A stretch of 64,000 bases of DNA from Lepidodermella squamata (taxonomy: Eukaryota; Animalia; Gastrotricha): positions 1-64,000 of the forward strand of contig JBLDXI010000002.1 in assembly GCA_047495785.1 (NCBI GenBank), given 5' to 3'. Positions 25,113 through 37,292 of this stretch are shown in pieces; within the stretch, counting starts at the first letter, position 1; each line of letters opens with the position of its first letter. Below the pieces are notes generated by a model. That model did no database searches. It was not told where the DNA came from and saw only the letters and a list, made by a program, of their open reading frames with translations. Both the position numbers and the translations under genes were made by a program.

Positions 25113-25840
25113 AGTGATGTTCTTACCTGTTGTGTTGAATTAAAGTAGCATTTATCTTGGGAGTGTAAGGGGTGATGCCGGCTGACATCACGCCATCGAA
25201 CCAACTAGCTTGAGATAATCATGTGATAATCCATGCCTTGTTCGCATTAGTTATTTCTCTATGATAAGTAGTCAAGGACATGAATGGCAGATCCTCAATG
25301 CTCGAATTATTCAGAGTCCAGGGTCGAGCAGTAGAGGGAGACAGCTAAGGGGGCTGTGAGTTAGGGATAAAAGCTCGATACTCTTGACTGATTCTTTTGG
25401 TTTGGTTTGCCATCGCCAGAGTTGGAAAAAGTGTCAAGCCGTCCGGTATCGAAACTCGGAAATTTCCGCTAATTTTGGCCGAAAAGCACAACTTTTCGTG
25501 GTATTTTTCGGAAACTTCCCGAATTTTCCCTATTTTCTTCCTAATTTTGCCGAAATTTCGGCTACATGCCGCCTTCCTGAAAGTCGCGGGGAAGTAAAAC
25601 AATGAAATCATTTTCATTTTGATATTCCGATACACACGACGGTCAAGGCATGAAAAACACTCAAAAAACACCTACGCGGCCCACTCAGAAATCGATCAAC
25701 TTTTGATTTTTACTTTGATTGTTCACTTTGTTGCATATACATTTTAATCTAAGCAAGTTTATTTTAATCATGCTGTTGTGATCACTCTGGCTGTGAAAGT
25801 CCGGTCATAAATACACAAAAGTCTGGTTTACTGACTTGTA

Positions 25841-28800
25841 TCATTTGCAACATTCATAGACCAAGTGAAGGCTGTTAATTTCAGAAATTGTATCAGGATA
25901 AACCAAGCGTAGCGTGATCGTCATGCTCTCAATTTTCACGTCACTCGTCCAGCATTGAGACGTATCTTCATCCAGGTATAAAGGCCGCAAATAGTGTACG
26001 GTGCGATGCGAGAATTTTTTCGTACATTGCAATGCGGCGGTCTGGACCTTGCTCTTCCTACTTGTAGAACCGCCGATTTTGAGAACGAATTCAATTTTAA
26101 CATCGATAGCCAGAGGAAGGCCGAAACTGTTGCAATCTTGCCAAACTGAATAAAAGATGGCTAATTTTGGTAAGTAGCCAACTTTTTCACCGCACGGATA
26201 TTCGCCTCGGTTAACTGAGAAATCGTCGTACTTGTCAAAGCGGAACGTTTGGAAAGCGCCCATTTTAGGCAAGAAAAAGTGGATCAAATGTTCGCCCGAC
26301 GTTGCCTGCACCTTCTTTCGACGATAATTGGTCAAGAACACTTGTTTAGTGTACGAATCAGGTGATTTATCCACCATAGCATCGAGGAGTCGAGTGTTAT
26401 TGACAAATAGCCGCTGCATAGCCAAGAAGCAGTCAGCTGATCTAATTTTCGAGTAATTAGACAAAATAGGCCACTTGGCAATGGTGAAATCATTGATCCG
26501 CTGAAGAGATAAGGCATAATCAGGACTTGCAGAAAGTCGATCCAGGAAAAAGCTGGCTGATTTCTTCAGGTAAAATGATATGCTGTTCGCGATTTCCGCA
26601 TGCATCAGCCATGACGGGTGAAGATGGTCCTCCGACGTTTCGTAAGCTTCTGCAAAACATCAGCATTAATTGATAGCTAATAAAAATTGACAATCGAATA
26701 AACTAGTAAATCCCGTCGCTTATTGCTAGAAAGAAGTCGCGACGCCGAAATTGCGTCGCAAGATACAATCTAACAATAGAGCAGCCTGCTGGAATAGGTC
26801 TTACAGGCTGAATTTTTGTATTCGAGTATGGGTTGGTAAATAAGGATAGTAGGCGAAAAATGAGCCGGTTTTGCTGCAGTAACGGCAAGTTCTGATGTTC
26901 AGATTTTTCTTGAGACGCAATTTCGGCGTAACAATGCGCATTTGTGGCAAGTAGAACGCGCATGACCCCGAAATGCGCGTGTTCAAATATATTTGCTGTA
27001 CGCCTAAAGTGGATATATAGATATCCATAAAGTGGATAAAGATAAAGTCATAAAATAAAGAGATAAAGTGGATACAATGCCGGTGCTCATCGGTGCTCAT
27101 CGGTGAAATACAATGCTCATACCTTAGCCTAAGCCTCCAGGGTATGAGCATTGTATTTCACCGAAATAATGGCTGAACCGTGAACCGTGACTGTGGATCA
27201 TCAATCGATTGCTGTAATCGAGGTGTCCGATCTATTTAAGCGCGGAACTTTTGGGAATATGCTTGTTTGCCATCGAAGCTACAAAAGATGCACTATCATC
27301 GCGTTTTTGGGCCGAAAGGTGACCCCAAATTTAGCGCGTTGGCTTCGATCGCACACCAAACGATAGCCATTGATTACTGCAATCGATTGATTATAATGAA
27401 CTGTACTGAACATCACGGTTCGGCACTTAAAAATATCGCTAAATCCCGCATAGGCGTTAATCTTTCAAGGCCGAATTTGTTATCTCTGTAAGAAAAAATT
27501 GTTGAAAGATGATCTATCATGCGTTTTACGGGGCGGAGATCGCTATTTTGAAACTCGTTGGTCTCTATCTCTCACCGTTCAGACTGTGTGGAGTGTTCAA
27601 AATCGCATAATCGGCCCAGCTATGATTTCAGGCGATGAACATGATTTTGATATGATTTTGAACACCCCGATAGGGCGATTTCGAAAATAGTTATCCTATT
27701 TTCAAAGTGAACTAAATCGAAATTTCGCACCTTGCTTACCAATTTTCAAGTGACTATATTTTCAAAATAGGGAAAGATAGCGATCTGATTATTTCGAATT
27801 CTTGTAGCCAGGATTGAGAAATAAAAATTCTCAACAAATTCATTGAACTGAAATTACAGTGGACTGACAAAGTCAAAATTTCGAAATCATCTTTCTGGCT
27901 TTGAAAGGGTTAAACGTATGCCGTATCAGCTTAGATCCTCAGAAGGCGTACAACGATAGCGACGCGCATAAATAACCACTCTGATGACTCATTCTATCGA
28001 ACTTTAAGGAGCCTAATGTAATGACAAAGGGCGCTCGGCTTTTTTGAGCACTGATTTGCATAATTTGCATAAAAAAATCTATAATTAGTTTGTTATGGCT
28101 GCGTCGTTAACATTATTTGGATATAATGAAATCATTACCAAATTATTTAATTCAGTACCAAATTATTCCAATCCAAGTTCCCTATTTTAAGACCCAGCCT
28201 TTAACCCTAACCTTAATCCAACCAGTTAAACAACCGAAGAAATTGGTTAATGGTTAGGTATTGAATTAAATTTGGAACCGCCGTAATGTTTTCCTAACCT
28301 TATTCAAAATCATTTTAAACAGCTAGCGATGATGCATTGCTAAACATTGAATTAAAATAAAAACCAATGTTCTGATGTAACTGAGATGAATCATAAGGCA
28401 GCTTACCAACGACTTGCTGCATTTTCGGACCCCATGATTTGGCGTTGTAGTACTTGCAAACGCGATGGTGCCACTGAATAATCGTCAAGTTGTAATGCTC
28501 AGCAACCTTCTTGTAGACGGCCTCATACGGCCACCAACAGTCAGGTGCCTTGTCGACAACTCTCTTCGGCGCAGGAAAACTAACCAATATAATTTCTAAT
28601 TTCGGATTAAGCCGCCATAGCTCACGTATCAGTTGCTCGAGAGGATGGCCATCATTGACATAATAGTCCTCCAGCTGCACTGACACGCCATAATTCTCAT
28701 TAACCATCTCATCGATGAAAAGCAGGTCAATATTCTTCAAGTTGAGGTGATTCTTCACGCAAGCAGAAAAATAATTTGACGTTACCCCACCGACGCCAGC

Positions 28801-29346
28801 GTTTAAAGATTCGACGCGAATTCCGATTCTCGCGAACCATTGACTCATCCATGCTGCGACTTTCGCAAGATAAGCTTCTGTTTCATTGATGCCATGACCT
28901 GCAGTGATTGAACCTCCGATTGCCGCCATACGAAACGTTCTCTCCGTGTTGTTTTTCCGGCGCAGAAGTTCAAGGAGTTTGAGGTGGAAGCGCGACGGAG
29001 ATCCCTGCGTCCATATGGACTGCTCATCCAGGTCATTCGCTGAGATTTTCGGGTTGACTTGGTTAATCACATTAAGCAAAAAATTCGACTCGACAGGTCG
29101 CTTCGGCAGAGAGGCGTTGGTGAGTAGGCGCACACTGCTGATAATCGATTGCAAGTCTTCTGGGGAATCAATTTTGTACTCGATCGATTTCTTTAGGGGT
29201 ACGGGTTCGTTGATCGAGAAAGCCGAGCTTACAGAACTAGGGATGTCCAAATAATCCAGGTTAAACTTTAAAAATCCCGCAACTGTTAACATCATAGCCA
29301 CTGCGAAAATTGAGAAATATCGTGTTTTGATTGAATATTCCTGCAT
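25841..29346 (-). CDS. GGSI-type SGNH protein, 2-exon subfamily (G6; exons 29346-28407, 26649-25841)
   Basis: TM anchor YFSIFAVAMMLTVAGFL. Blocks GGSITAGHG, DEMVNE, YETSEDHLHPS; ends VYECCK. The 1.76-kb phase-1 intron is at the conserved position. Confidence 0.88.
27101..27163. repeat. Perfect 23-bp hairpin (mini TIR element) in the G6 intron
   Basis: CGGTGAAATACAATGCTCATACC / GGTATGAGCATTGTATTTCACCG with a 17-nt loop, preceded by two tandem cggtgctcat units. Confidence 0.8.
27175..27421. mobile_element. Degenerate MITE in the G6 intron
   Basis: Inverted matches gaaccgtga / tcacggttc and tcaatcgattgctgtaatc / gattactgcaatcgattga. Confidence 0.5.
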
Positions 29347-30179
29347 TGCTCCAAATTAGTAAAAATAGTTAAAATTGAAATATGGTTATTTCCTATTTAA
29401 TATGACAAGAAACAGACATGCTACCGAATGAAGTGCGCTCGCGTGCCGCATCGATTTTTATTTTTATCACTACGACCATTCATCACTTAGTTTCACGTCA
29501 GTTAGCTGTGGGAGAATTTTTTAATTCGCGACTGAAAATTTCTAGAATCGTCAACTGTATTTTCTACAGATTCGAATTAAAATACTGAAAATACAACCTT
29601 ATTTTTTGCTACAAAAACTGACATGTGATTTCAGGTGGCCTCGAATTATCTCAAAAGACCCCACCTTAAAAAAATACCGCGGCTAAAAGCATTTAAAATA
29701 TCGATTCATAAGAAATGGTGTGAAAAATACGTCTCAAAGAATACGTTTTTCATGAAAAATGATTAGGTTTCAATCAACTAGAAATGGCCGCCTAAAATAT
29801 CGCGTCATGTTGAACAATTCTGGGAAAATTCTGTTCAAGGTAACTTGAAACACCTTCGTGGCCAGTGATTTGTTGTGCAATAAATGCGGGCGACTCGCTT
29901 TTACCAATTACGGGTTAAAATTCGCGAAACAATAGGAGCGCGCGCGCGGAGCAAACACCGGTGTGCAGGAAAATGTGCGAAATTCTAACGTTTTTTAAAA
30001 AAGAAAGGGTTAGAAAATAAATCATGCTATCATGTCGTATTCCTAGTATCAAAGCAAAATATTATTATTTCAATATAACCAACAGCAAGTATCAGGGGGG
30101 GGGGGGGTCATACATCGTTTGGCCTCATTTGCACTTTCGAATTCATAATTTCTCATTTTGAAGTCACACAGTTATTGGA

Positions 30180-30560
30180 TTGCTTCACGGCGTAATCCTC
30201 ATTTTTAACCTATTCCCATTGGCCACGGCATACGTGCCACTTGAAGAGGTACTTCGAGCGGAACTTTCCGCTCAATTCTAAATCCACGCCCGCGAATCGA
30301 GTTTCGGATCGGCCTGTCATGAGCTCCCCGGTAATGCAATCAAACACGGGCGGTTCAATTCCGAGAGATCATCTGAGCTGCCTGACATTCTCGAGATTCT
30401 CTCGTCGGCCATGTCACCAATTACATGCTGCTGGCAGGTCATAGAAATTGGGCGGCGATAACGCATCTCGTTTTACTAAGGCAGTGGACTGTTATGTCAG
30501 TGACAAATTTGAGACAATTTAAAATATCTGATATTTTTCTCTATTTTTGCTGTGAAATTT
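30180..30560 (+). pseudogene. Heavily deleted Cys-loop channel remnant
   Basis: gcatacgtgccacttgaagaggtacttcgagc (AYVPLEEVLR), then fragments matching gatcggcc, atgcaatcaa, attccgaga, agaaattgggcggcgataacgca and gtgacaa. Upstream 30020-30180 matches the LGIC 5-prime flank. Confidence 0.85.
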
Positions 30561-30740
30561 GAAAATGAAATGAGCATATCAGCGTGTTTGTTTTCCGTTT
30601 GTTTGCCGAAGATATGCTCTGAACCCCAAGGGAACTGGGTCTATTGAAAACACAGCCACATCGGTCGTAAAAGAACGCAAAATCATTCAGAGTTAAACTT
30701 TTCAGATCACTGATCACATTTACTCTTCTCAATTACGATA

Positions 30741-31007
30741 TCAGGCACAACATTCATATGCTAAAGTAATAATTTATTTATTTATTTATTTATAAGCTTT
30801 AACGCCCAGATGAGGGCAGCTTGACAAGAGGTAATTTGAAAGTGAAACATGTAATTGCAGGACAGTTTACAGATGAATAGGACATTGGCAAATGATAACA
30901 AAAATTGCTTTTTACGAAATAATGGGAATTTTGTGCAATTGTATTAGGGTACACTGAGCGAAGCGTGACTGTCATGCTCTCAATTTTCACGTCTCTGGTC
31001 CAACATT
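30741..31007 (-). pseudogene. SGNH 3-prime remnant, interrupted by an insertion with a (TAAA)n tail
   Basis: CWTRDVKIESMTVTLRSVYPNTIA at ~30934-31007 and AYECCA-stop at 30741-30765. Confidence 0.8.
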
Positions 31008-31175
31008 CAGTGCTGTTGAATAGATTTGCAATCAAATCTATTTTAGTATCAGGTTTTTCAAATCAAAATCAAATCAAATCTCACATGTTAAAAAGTCAAA
31101 TCAAATATAATCAAATCACCACAATCAGTTTTAGCTTCAAATCATTCCCACTCAAATCAAATCAAATCAAATTAA
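31008..31175. repeat. AAATC-rich subterminal repeat array, probable end of a hAT-like element truncating the SGNH remnant
   Basis: Starts cagtgctgttgaatagatttg, followed by about 10 (c)aaatc units. Second end not found. Confidence 0.45.
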
Positions 31176-31932
31176 AGCTGTTTTCTTTAAAGAAAATGGT
31201 GAAAGAGCTTATATGCGGTCTTAGGACTGATATTAGACTTTAATTATTGAGTCCTTAGTTTGGGATAGCATTAACGCGCGGTGCGTGTGCGATTGCGAGC
31301 CAACCATTCAGCCAATAGCGTTACGATACACATGCACACATGTGTAAGGGTAGCTTATTTACTTAGGAAAGCTTGATAGCCAATAGATTTGCCGTCACAA
31401 CATTTGTTTACGGGCATCAACTGATAGCGCAGCCGAGCATAGGTTCACGTGCGACAAGCTAATAGACGGGCGCACTAATGCCAATTTCGTACATCCGCGC
31501 TCGTTGCCCGCACATAGCATTGATTTAATGAAAGTGTCCAACATAGACAACTCTATACAGATCGGAAACTAGCGATCTTCCTATAGTAAATAAATTCACC
31601 CCAAAACGTGAAAAAGTGGGCACGCGACCTTCATTTTTATTCACTCATCGGCCTATCCGCCCATAGTAATTTTTCCGATTTTTAATTATTTTCTAAAATT
31701 CCCAGAGAAAATCTTTCATTTCCCAAAAATTTCAAACAAATTTACCGGAATACTAGAAGCGTTCCTCTATCGAATGAGCCCGGCTCATGAGACGGTTTTA
31801 TTTCTAACTTTATTAAAATTTTCTTAAAGTTGGTCACTTCTACGAAAAATTGCCATTTCAATCGTCTTTCAGGACGGTAAAATTTTTCATTTTGAGCCGA
31901 AAAATTCCGAGAAAAATACTATGATCTTATTC

Positions 31933-32184
31933 GATTTTTGCTCTATCCAACGATATAAACCTTGAGCGAATCAGAATTTGTTTGAATTTCGCGAAATGTC
32001 GAAAATGTAATATTGGGGTTTCGCGTAAAAACCCCACGCTTTTCTAAAAATAGCTATTAGGTTTTTGTAGCTATTTTTAGCTCGCTCAAAATATTATCAA
32101 GCAAGCGCAATTTTCGCGAAATTCGCGAAATTCAAAAAAATTCTGATTCGCTCAAGGTTTATATCGTTGGATAGAGCAAAAATC
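31933..32184. repeat. ~62-bp near-perfect inverted repeat (non-autonomous DNA element)
   Basis: gatttttgctctatccaacgatataaaccttgagcgaatcagaattt.. and its reverse complement ending at 32184. Confidence 0.8.
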
Positions 32185-33443
32185 CCCAAACGCCAAAAAT
32201 GCGACTTTTGACGCGTCAAAATAAATACAAGACAAATTAGCGTACCGGTAAGATTTGGCTGGTTCAAAGAAGGCGTCGAGGAGAACCCATAGGCCAAAAA
32301 TGGCCGGTACGGAAATTTGTCTCTAGACAGGAGAGCAACTGAAATCACTGCAGAAACGTCAAAAACCTCAAAAGTAAACGGCCGGCTCACCCTCAATTTC
32401 GATTTTAAATTAGATAAAAAAACTTTAATGCACTTTACAAAATAATACTTAATTTTGCTGAATCTGATTTTCAAAATTAAATTAAATTCATGTGAAGGTA
32501 TAAATTGCGCATTTTTTCTCCGTCTAGTTTTAACTTCAAGTTTGTCGCAACGAAAACCATCGCTTTTTGCTGCGCCAAGTTGTCAAATAGTTGCATCTTT
32601 ACACGCTAACAGATAATTCTGAGAAGATTTTACGCGATAGTGGCAACGGACAAATAGATTCAGAATGAATAGCTCTAAATGGTGGTATTTTTTTGATTTC
32701 ATTATCTTCTGGGCCGATTTTCCATCTTAACGCCCCTTGTCCTTTGACTGTTTCAGAGTTGCCGAGCCTCATAATTTTAAATTTTTTTATTGAAAATTGT
32801 AAACACGTATTGCGATAGCTGTCGCGGTTGTCTAGATCAACTTCGTTCGACTGCCTTGGGTTGCTAGGCTGTTATTCTGTAATTCTTAGATTGCGCAAGC
32901 TATTATTCATTAATTATCCTTCCAACTGAGTAAACTCAGCGCCCATATTGGTCAGAACGGTCGATTTCGGCATGCACATGGCGCGAGAACCCACCAAATC
33001 GCAAGCGAGGAAAGAATAATGTTTCCCTTTCAGCATTCAATTATAACTAAGCAGTTTTACAGACATTTTATCATCAAGTATTGCGTTTTTTCGGTAGCCC
33101 AACCCATTTCTTAAAGTTGTTCATAATAATGTGGCTCAGCGACAGCGGAGCAACGATAAATTCGGACTATTTCGGAATAAATGCGCAAGGGACAATAATT
33201 TTATGAAAATTTAATGCGCAAGTGATAAATGCGCAAGTGAGGTATACCCTGAATAAAACAGAGGAGGTGATCGAAATTTTAGCGTTTTTATTCTGTCGTA
33301 TTAACAGTATTATCAAAGCGAAATCGATTATTTTCGAAATCAACCAACGCCAATTATCAGCGGTAGGAGGTAAGAGTTGTGAATCCTCAGTTTGCACTCG
33401 CGAATTTCTGTAGGGTAATTTTGAAATCGCGACAATTGTTGGC

Positions 33444-34646
33444 ATGCTGCTGATCGTAGTCATTGCCTCCAGTTGCCTATTTCCTGGGGCCAAAGCATAC
33501 GTGCCACTTGAAGAGGAACTTCGAGCTGAACTTTCTTCTCAATGCAAAATCTACGCCCGCGATTCGAGACCAGTTCTCGATGTCAATGATCCAGTCAGAT
33601 TAAAGATGGGATTTCTACCCTACAGTTTCAGAGCCATTGATGAAAAATCTCAAACTTTTTCAATGCTGATAGAGATTGACCTTACTTGGATGCATCCATG
33701 CACGGCGTGGTTAGAATGGAATAACACGCGCTTCCAAAACATTACAAGCATACGGGAACAAGTAAGGGTTACTTATGTTGAAATTAAAACTCTAATTTGG
33801 TCTAAATTTCAGGCAAATTCATTATGGCTTCCATCTATTCACCACCTGAATGCTGCTGAAGATATTGATGCTGTAACAAATTCAGCCGTGAGCAATTTTG
33901 TTTTCCTTGGCCGATCAGGATTGTTTTTGTGGAGTGCGATAATCGGCATATCATCTCTTTGCCAACTGCGCCTTCGAAAATTTCCATTTGACACGCAGAT
34001 TTGCGATCTCAAATTCGAATCTTGGGAAAACTCCGAAAAAGTCAGCATCGAACTGGACGATCCAGCGATTCTTCTTGAAGAGAAAGATTTCAAAGCTTTT
34101 ATCAGTCAAAGTGATATTTGGCAGCTTGAGAACATCACAGCTAAACTCGAGAATACTAAATATGTTGGTTACCCCAATATGAAATACGACCGAGCAGTGT
34201 ATACATTCACGATTTCTCGGAAAAGCGGCACCTACGTCCTTCTGATCGTGTTCCCTTCAATTTGCCTATCACTGTTGCTGATTTTTTCGGGATTTTTACC
34301 GCCTGACGTTCCAGATCGGCCCGTCTTCAGCTCCACGGTTGTGCTAGCCTTTTCGGTCATGCAATCAAGCACAAGTGATTCAATTCCGAGAACATCTGAG
34401 CTGCCTTACATTGTGATGTTTCTCGCTTTTCAACTGGCCTCTTCGGCAATCTGCACCATTTACACGCTGCTGGCTAGCCTATTCGCGCACAGAAAATGGG
34501 CGGCGATAACGCATCGAGTGTCACTTAGGCAGAGGACTGTCCTATCGGTGACAAGATTGAGACTTGTGGATCTGATATTTTTCACTATTTTTGCTGCCAT
34601 GGAAGTTACAGTGTCTCTTGTAACTTTTTTCGCTCTTCTGCTATGA
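33444..34646 (+). CDS. Cys-loop ligand-gated ion channel subunit, orphan (LGIC3; exons 33444-33761, 33813-34646; ~383 aa)
   Basis: Cys-loop CQLRLRKFPFDTQIC, signal peptide, four TMs. The 400-aa ORF reads through a 51-nt stop-free GTAAGG..TTTCAG intron at the same position as in LGIC1/2. Confidence 0.93.
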   Translation: MLLIVVIASSCLFPGAKAYVPLEEELRAELSSQCKIYARDSRPVLDVNDPVRLKMGFLPYSFRAIDEKSQTFSMLIEIDLTWMHPCTAWLEWNNTRFQNITSIREQVRVTYVEIKTLIWSKFQANSLWLPSIHHLNAAEDIDAVTNSAVSNFVFLGRSGLFLWSAIIGISSLCQLRLRKFPFDTQICDLKFESWENSEKVSIELDDPAILLEEKDFKAFISQSDIWQLENITAKLENTKYVGYPNMKYDRAVYTFTISRKSGTYVLLIVFPSICLSLLLIFSGFLPPDVPDRPVFSSTVVLAFSVMQSSTSDSIPRTSELPYIVMFLAFQLASSAICTIYTLLASLFAHRKWAAITHRVSLRQRTVLSVTRLRLVDLIFFTIFAAMEVTVSLVTFFALLL

Positions 34647-35190
34647 AGCTTCACGGCTCACGTATCCAAAATTGTTTGTCAAAGTTGGGGCCCGAACGCG
34701 TACGGAAAGAAATCGGGCCCCAACAAAAACCTATTGTTCCCGAAGGTTGTGCGTCTTGTGCGTTAATATATATATTTTCACACGTAAAATGTCTATGAAC
34801 TTTGAAGAAGCAGAAGACCTCTTGCATTCGAAATGTTTGTTGACAATGGAACCCTCAGGGAGCTGGGTCCCATCGAGACACAGGTCATATCGGTCATTGA
34901 AAACTGCTACAAAATCATCAATAATAATCTGATTAGCCAAGTTGAAATTTTGAGATCGCCGAGTTGAGAAGGTTTCTTTATCAATACAATTCCAGATTCC
35001 AGACCAGCTAGTGATGTTAAGGATCCAGTCCAATTAATGCGTCGATTTTTGCCCTTTATTATCTCACGTTATCACATGAAAATGGGCGCTTGTTTCATAA
35101 ACATCGCATAAATCCGAAGCCATTGCTGTGGATTAACAAGCTCAATCAGTCAAATAATTTAACTCGTGGTTTTACTTCGCTATTACGATA

Positions 35191-37292
35191 TCAAGTACAA
35201 CATTCATAAGCTAAAATAAGGCTATGTATTTCAGCCATTGTTTTAGGATAAACCAAGCGGAGCGTGACAGTCATGCTTTCAATTTTCACGTCCCTGGTCC
35301 AACATTGCGACGATACTTCATCAAGGTACATTGGAAGCAAATAGTGAACACTTCTGAGCCTAAATCGAGCGGTACATTGCAAGGGCGCAGTCGGATCGCG
35401 ATAAATTCGTCTAACATTTCTGGAGCTGCCAATGGAGAGGACGAGCTCGATTTTGATGTCAAGAGCCAACGGAAGGCCTTGGTCGTTACAGACCTTGTCG
35501 ATAACATAACCAATCCCCAATTTCGGCACGTATCCGATTTTATCAGCGCACGGCAGTTCGCCTCTGTTTACCGAGAAATCGTCGTTGTTGAACTGGAACG
35601 TTGTGAAAGAGCCCATATTTGGCAGGAAAAAATAAACCACATATTCGCCAGAGGTAGCCTTGATTCTCCTGTGGCGGTAATCTGTAATAAACATATTTGT
35701 AGTAAAAGAATCGTTCGATTTAGCGATCATTGCATCAATAAGTCGGTTGCTTTTGACGTGGGGCCGTTCCATAGCTAGAAAACAGTCCGCAGAGCCGATT
35801 TTCGAAGCATTTGTCATAAGAGGCGATTTTTCGATGTTGAGTTTATCCATCGGGGTCTCGAGAGAAACTGTATAATTGGAATAATTGCTTGCGAAGCCCT
35901 TTGAAAGCGTATCCAGAAGGTGTATGGCGGACGCCCTTAGGTAGAATGCCAAACCATTTGCTATTTCGGCGTGCATAAGATAAGACGCGATGGATGGAAG
36001 TCATCTTCGGACGTTATGTAAGCACCTAGGAAAAATGTAAAATTTATCAGAAAAGGATAAGTTAAAATACGAGCACGCTTATGAAATTGAAGGTTCCTTA
36101 TTGGGAAAGCCGAGAAATTTCAGGCTTGCTACCGGGAAGGCCTGCGAGATATCTCGTGATATATCGTATCCAACCCACCTTAATAACAAAAACTGCACAT
36201 TTGCAATTCCATTTCGACTTATTTCAAAACTAAGGGGCGCCGGAAGCGAACAAATTGGAAATAAAGAAAACGGGACAAAAAATAAAAACATATTGGGGTA
36301 GCCATCCCAGCAGTGAGCAGTGAGCGTTAAATTCAAATTTTAGTAATGCAAGTCTAGCTGATTCAAAACTTACGCTGGATTGCACCCATATGAGCTTTCC
36401 ATGAAGCCGCTTTGTAGTAATTGCAAACGCGATGGTGCCATCGAATGGTCGTAAGATTGTAGTGATTCGCAACCTGATTGTGAATCGCCTGATAGTTCCA
36501 GAAACAATTGGGGTGCTTCGCGAGTACCCCACCAGTTTCAGGAAAGCTAATCAAGATAACATCAATTTTCGGATTCTGTCGCCTTATGACGCGGATCAAT
36601 TGTTCAAGGTTATGCCCATCATTGATAATATAGTCATCCAGCGGGATATTTACGGCAGAATTATCATTGACCATCTCCTCGATGAAAAGAATGTCAATAT
36701 CGGTAAGATTCAAATGGTTTTTCACGCAACCGGTGAAGTAGTTCGAAGTAACTCCGCCAAATCCGGCGCTGTAAGCTTGGACTTCAAGCCCGACTTGCGC
36801 TAGCCATGAACGCATCCATTCTTCAATTAAGACATGATACACTTCGCTTTCATTCACGCCGTGACCTGCTGTGATCGACCCTCCCATTGCAGCTATTCGC
36901 AGGGGTCGCCTTTCGCCTCTTTTAAGTAGCAAGTTGACGAGTCGAAGGTTAAATCGGTCTGTGGATCCAAGCGTCTCAATCGACTGCTCGTCGATAGAAT
37001 CAGCTGTCAAGTTCGGGTTGCCTTTCTTTATCAAATTGATCAAGAAATTTGATTCCATCGGTCGTTTCGGCAAACTAAAATTGGCTAATAAGCGGAGTCT
37101 TTCGGTAACCGTAAACCAGTCTTCTCGAGATATCGGCAAGTCGGAGTCATTTTCGCTCGGTTTGAATTTGAGCTTGAAGCTCGTCGAGCTAGGAAAATTC
37201 TGAAACTCGAAGTCAAAATTCACAATCATTGCGATAATTGCTGCGACCGAGAGAATCGAGTAAAGCCAACCGCTCGACGAAGAAATGTTCAT
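35191..37292 (-). pseudogene. GGSI-type SGNH gene with a 5-bp frameshift after the catalytic His (G7; exons 37292-36374, 36025-)
   Basis: The duplication taagataaga at ~35976-35985 makes the spliced frame read YITSEDDFHPSRLILCTPK-stop. The C-terminal domain (ends AYECCT) is open in another frame. Confidence 0.82.

Noticed and set aside
33444-34646. Intronless (retroposed or bacterial-type) 400-aa channel
   Set aside because: The ORF reads through a 51-nt GT-AG intron conserved in position in both paralogs.
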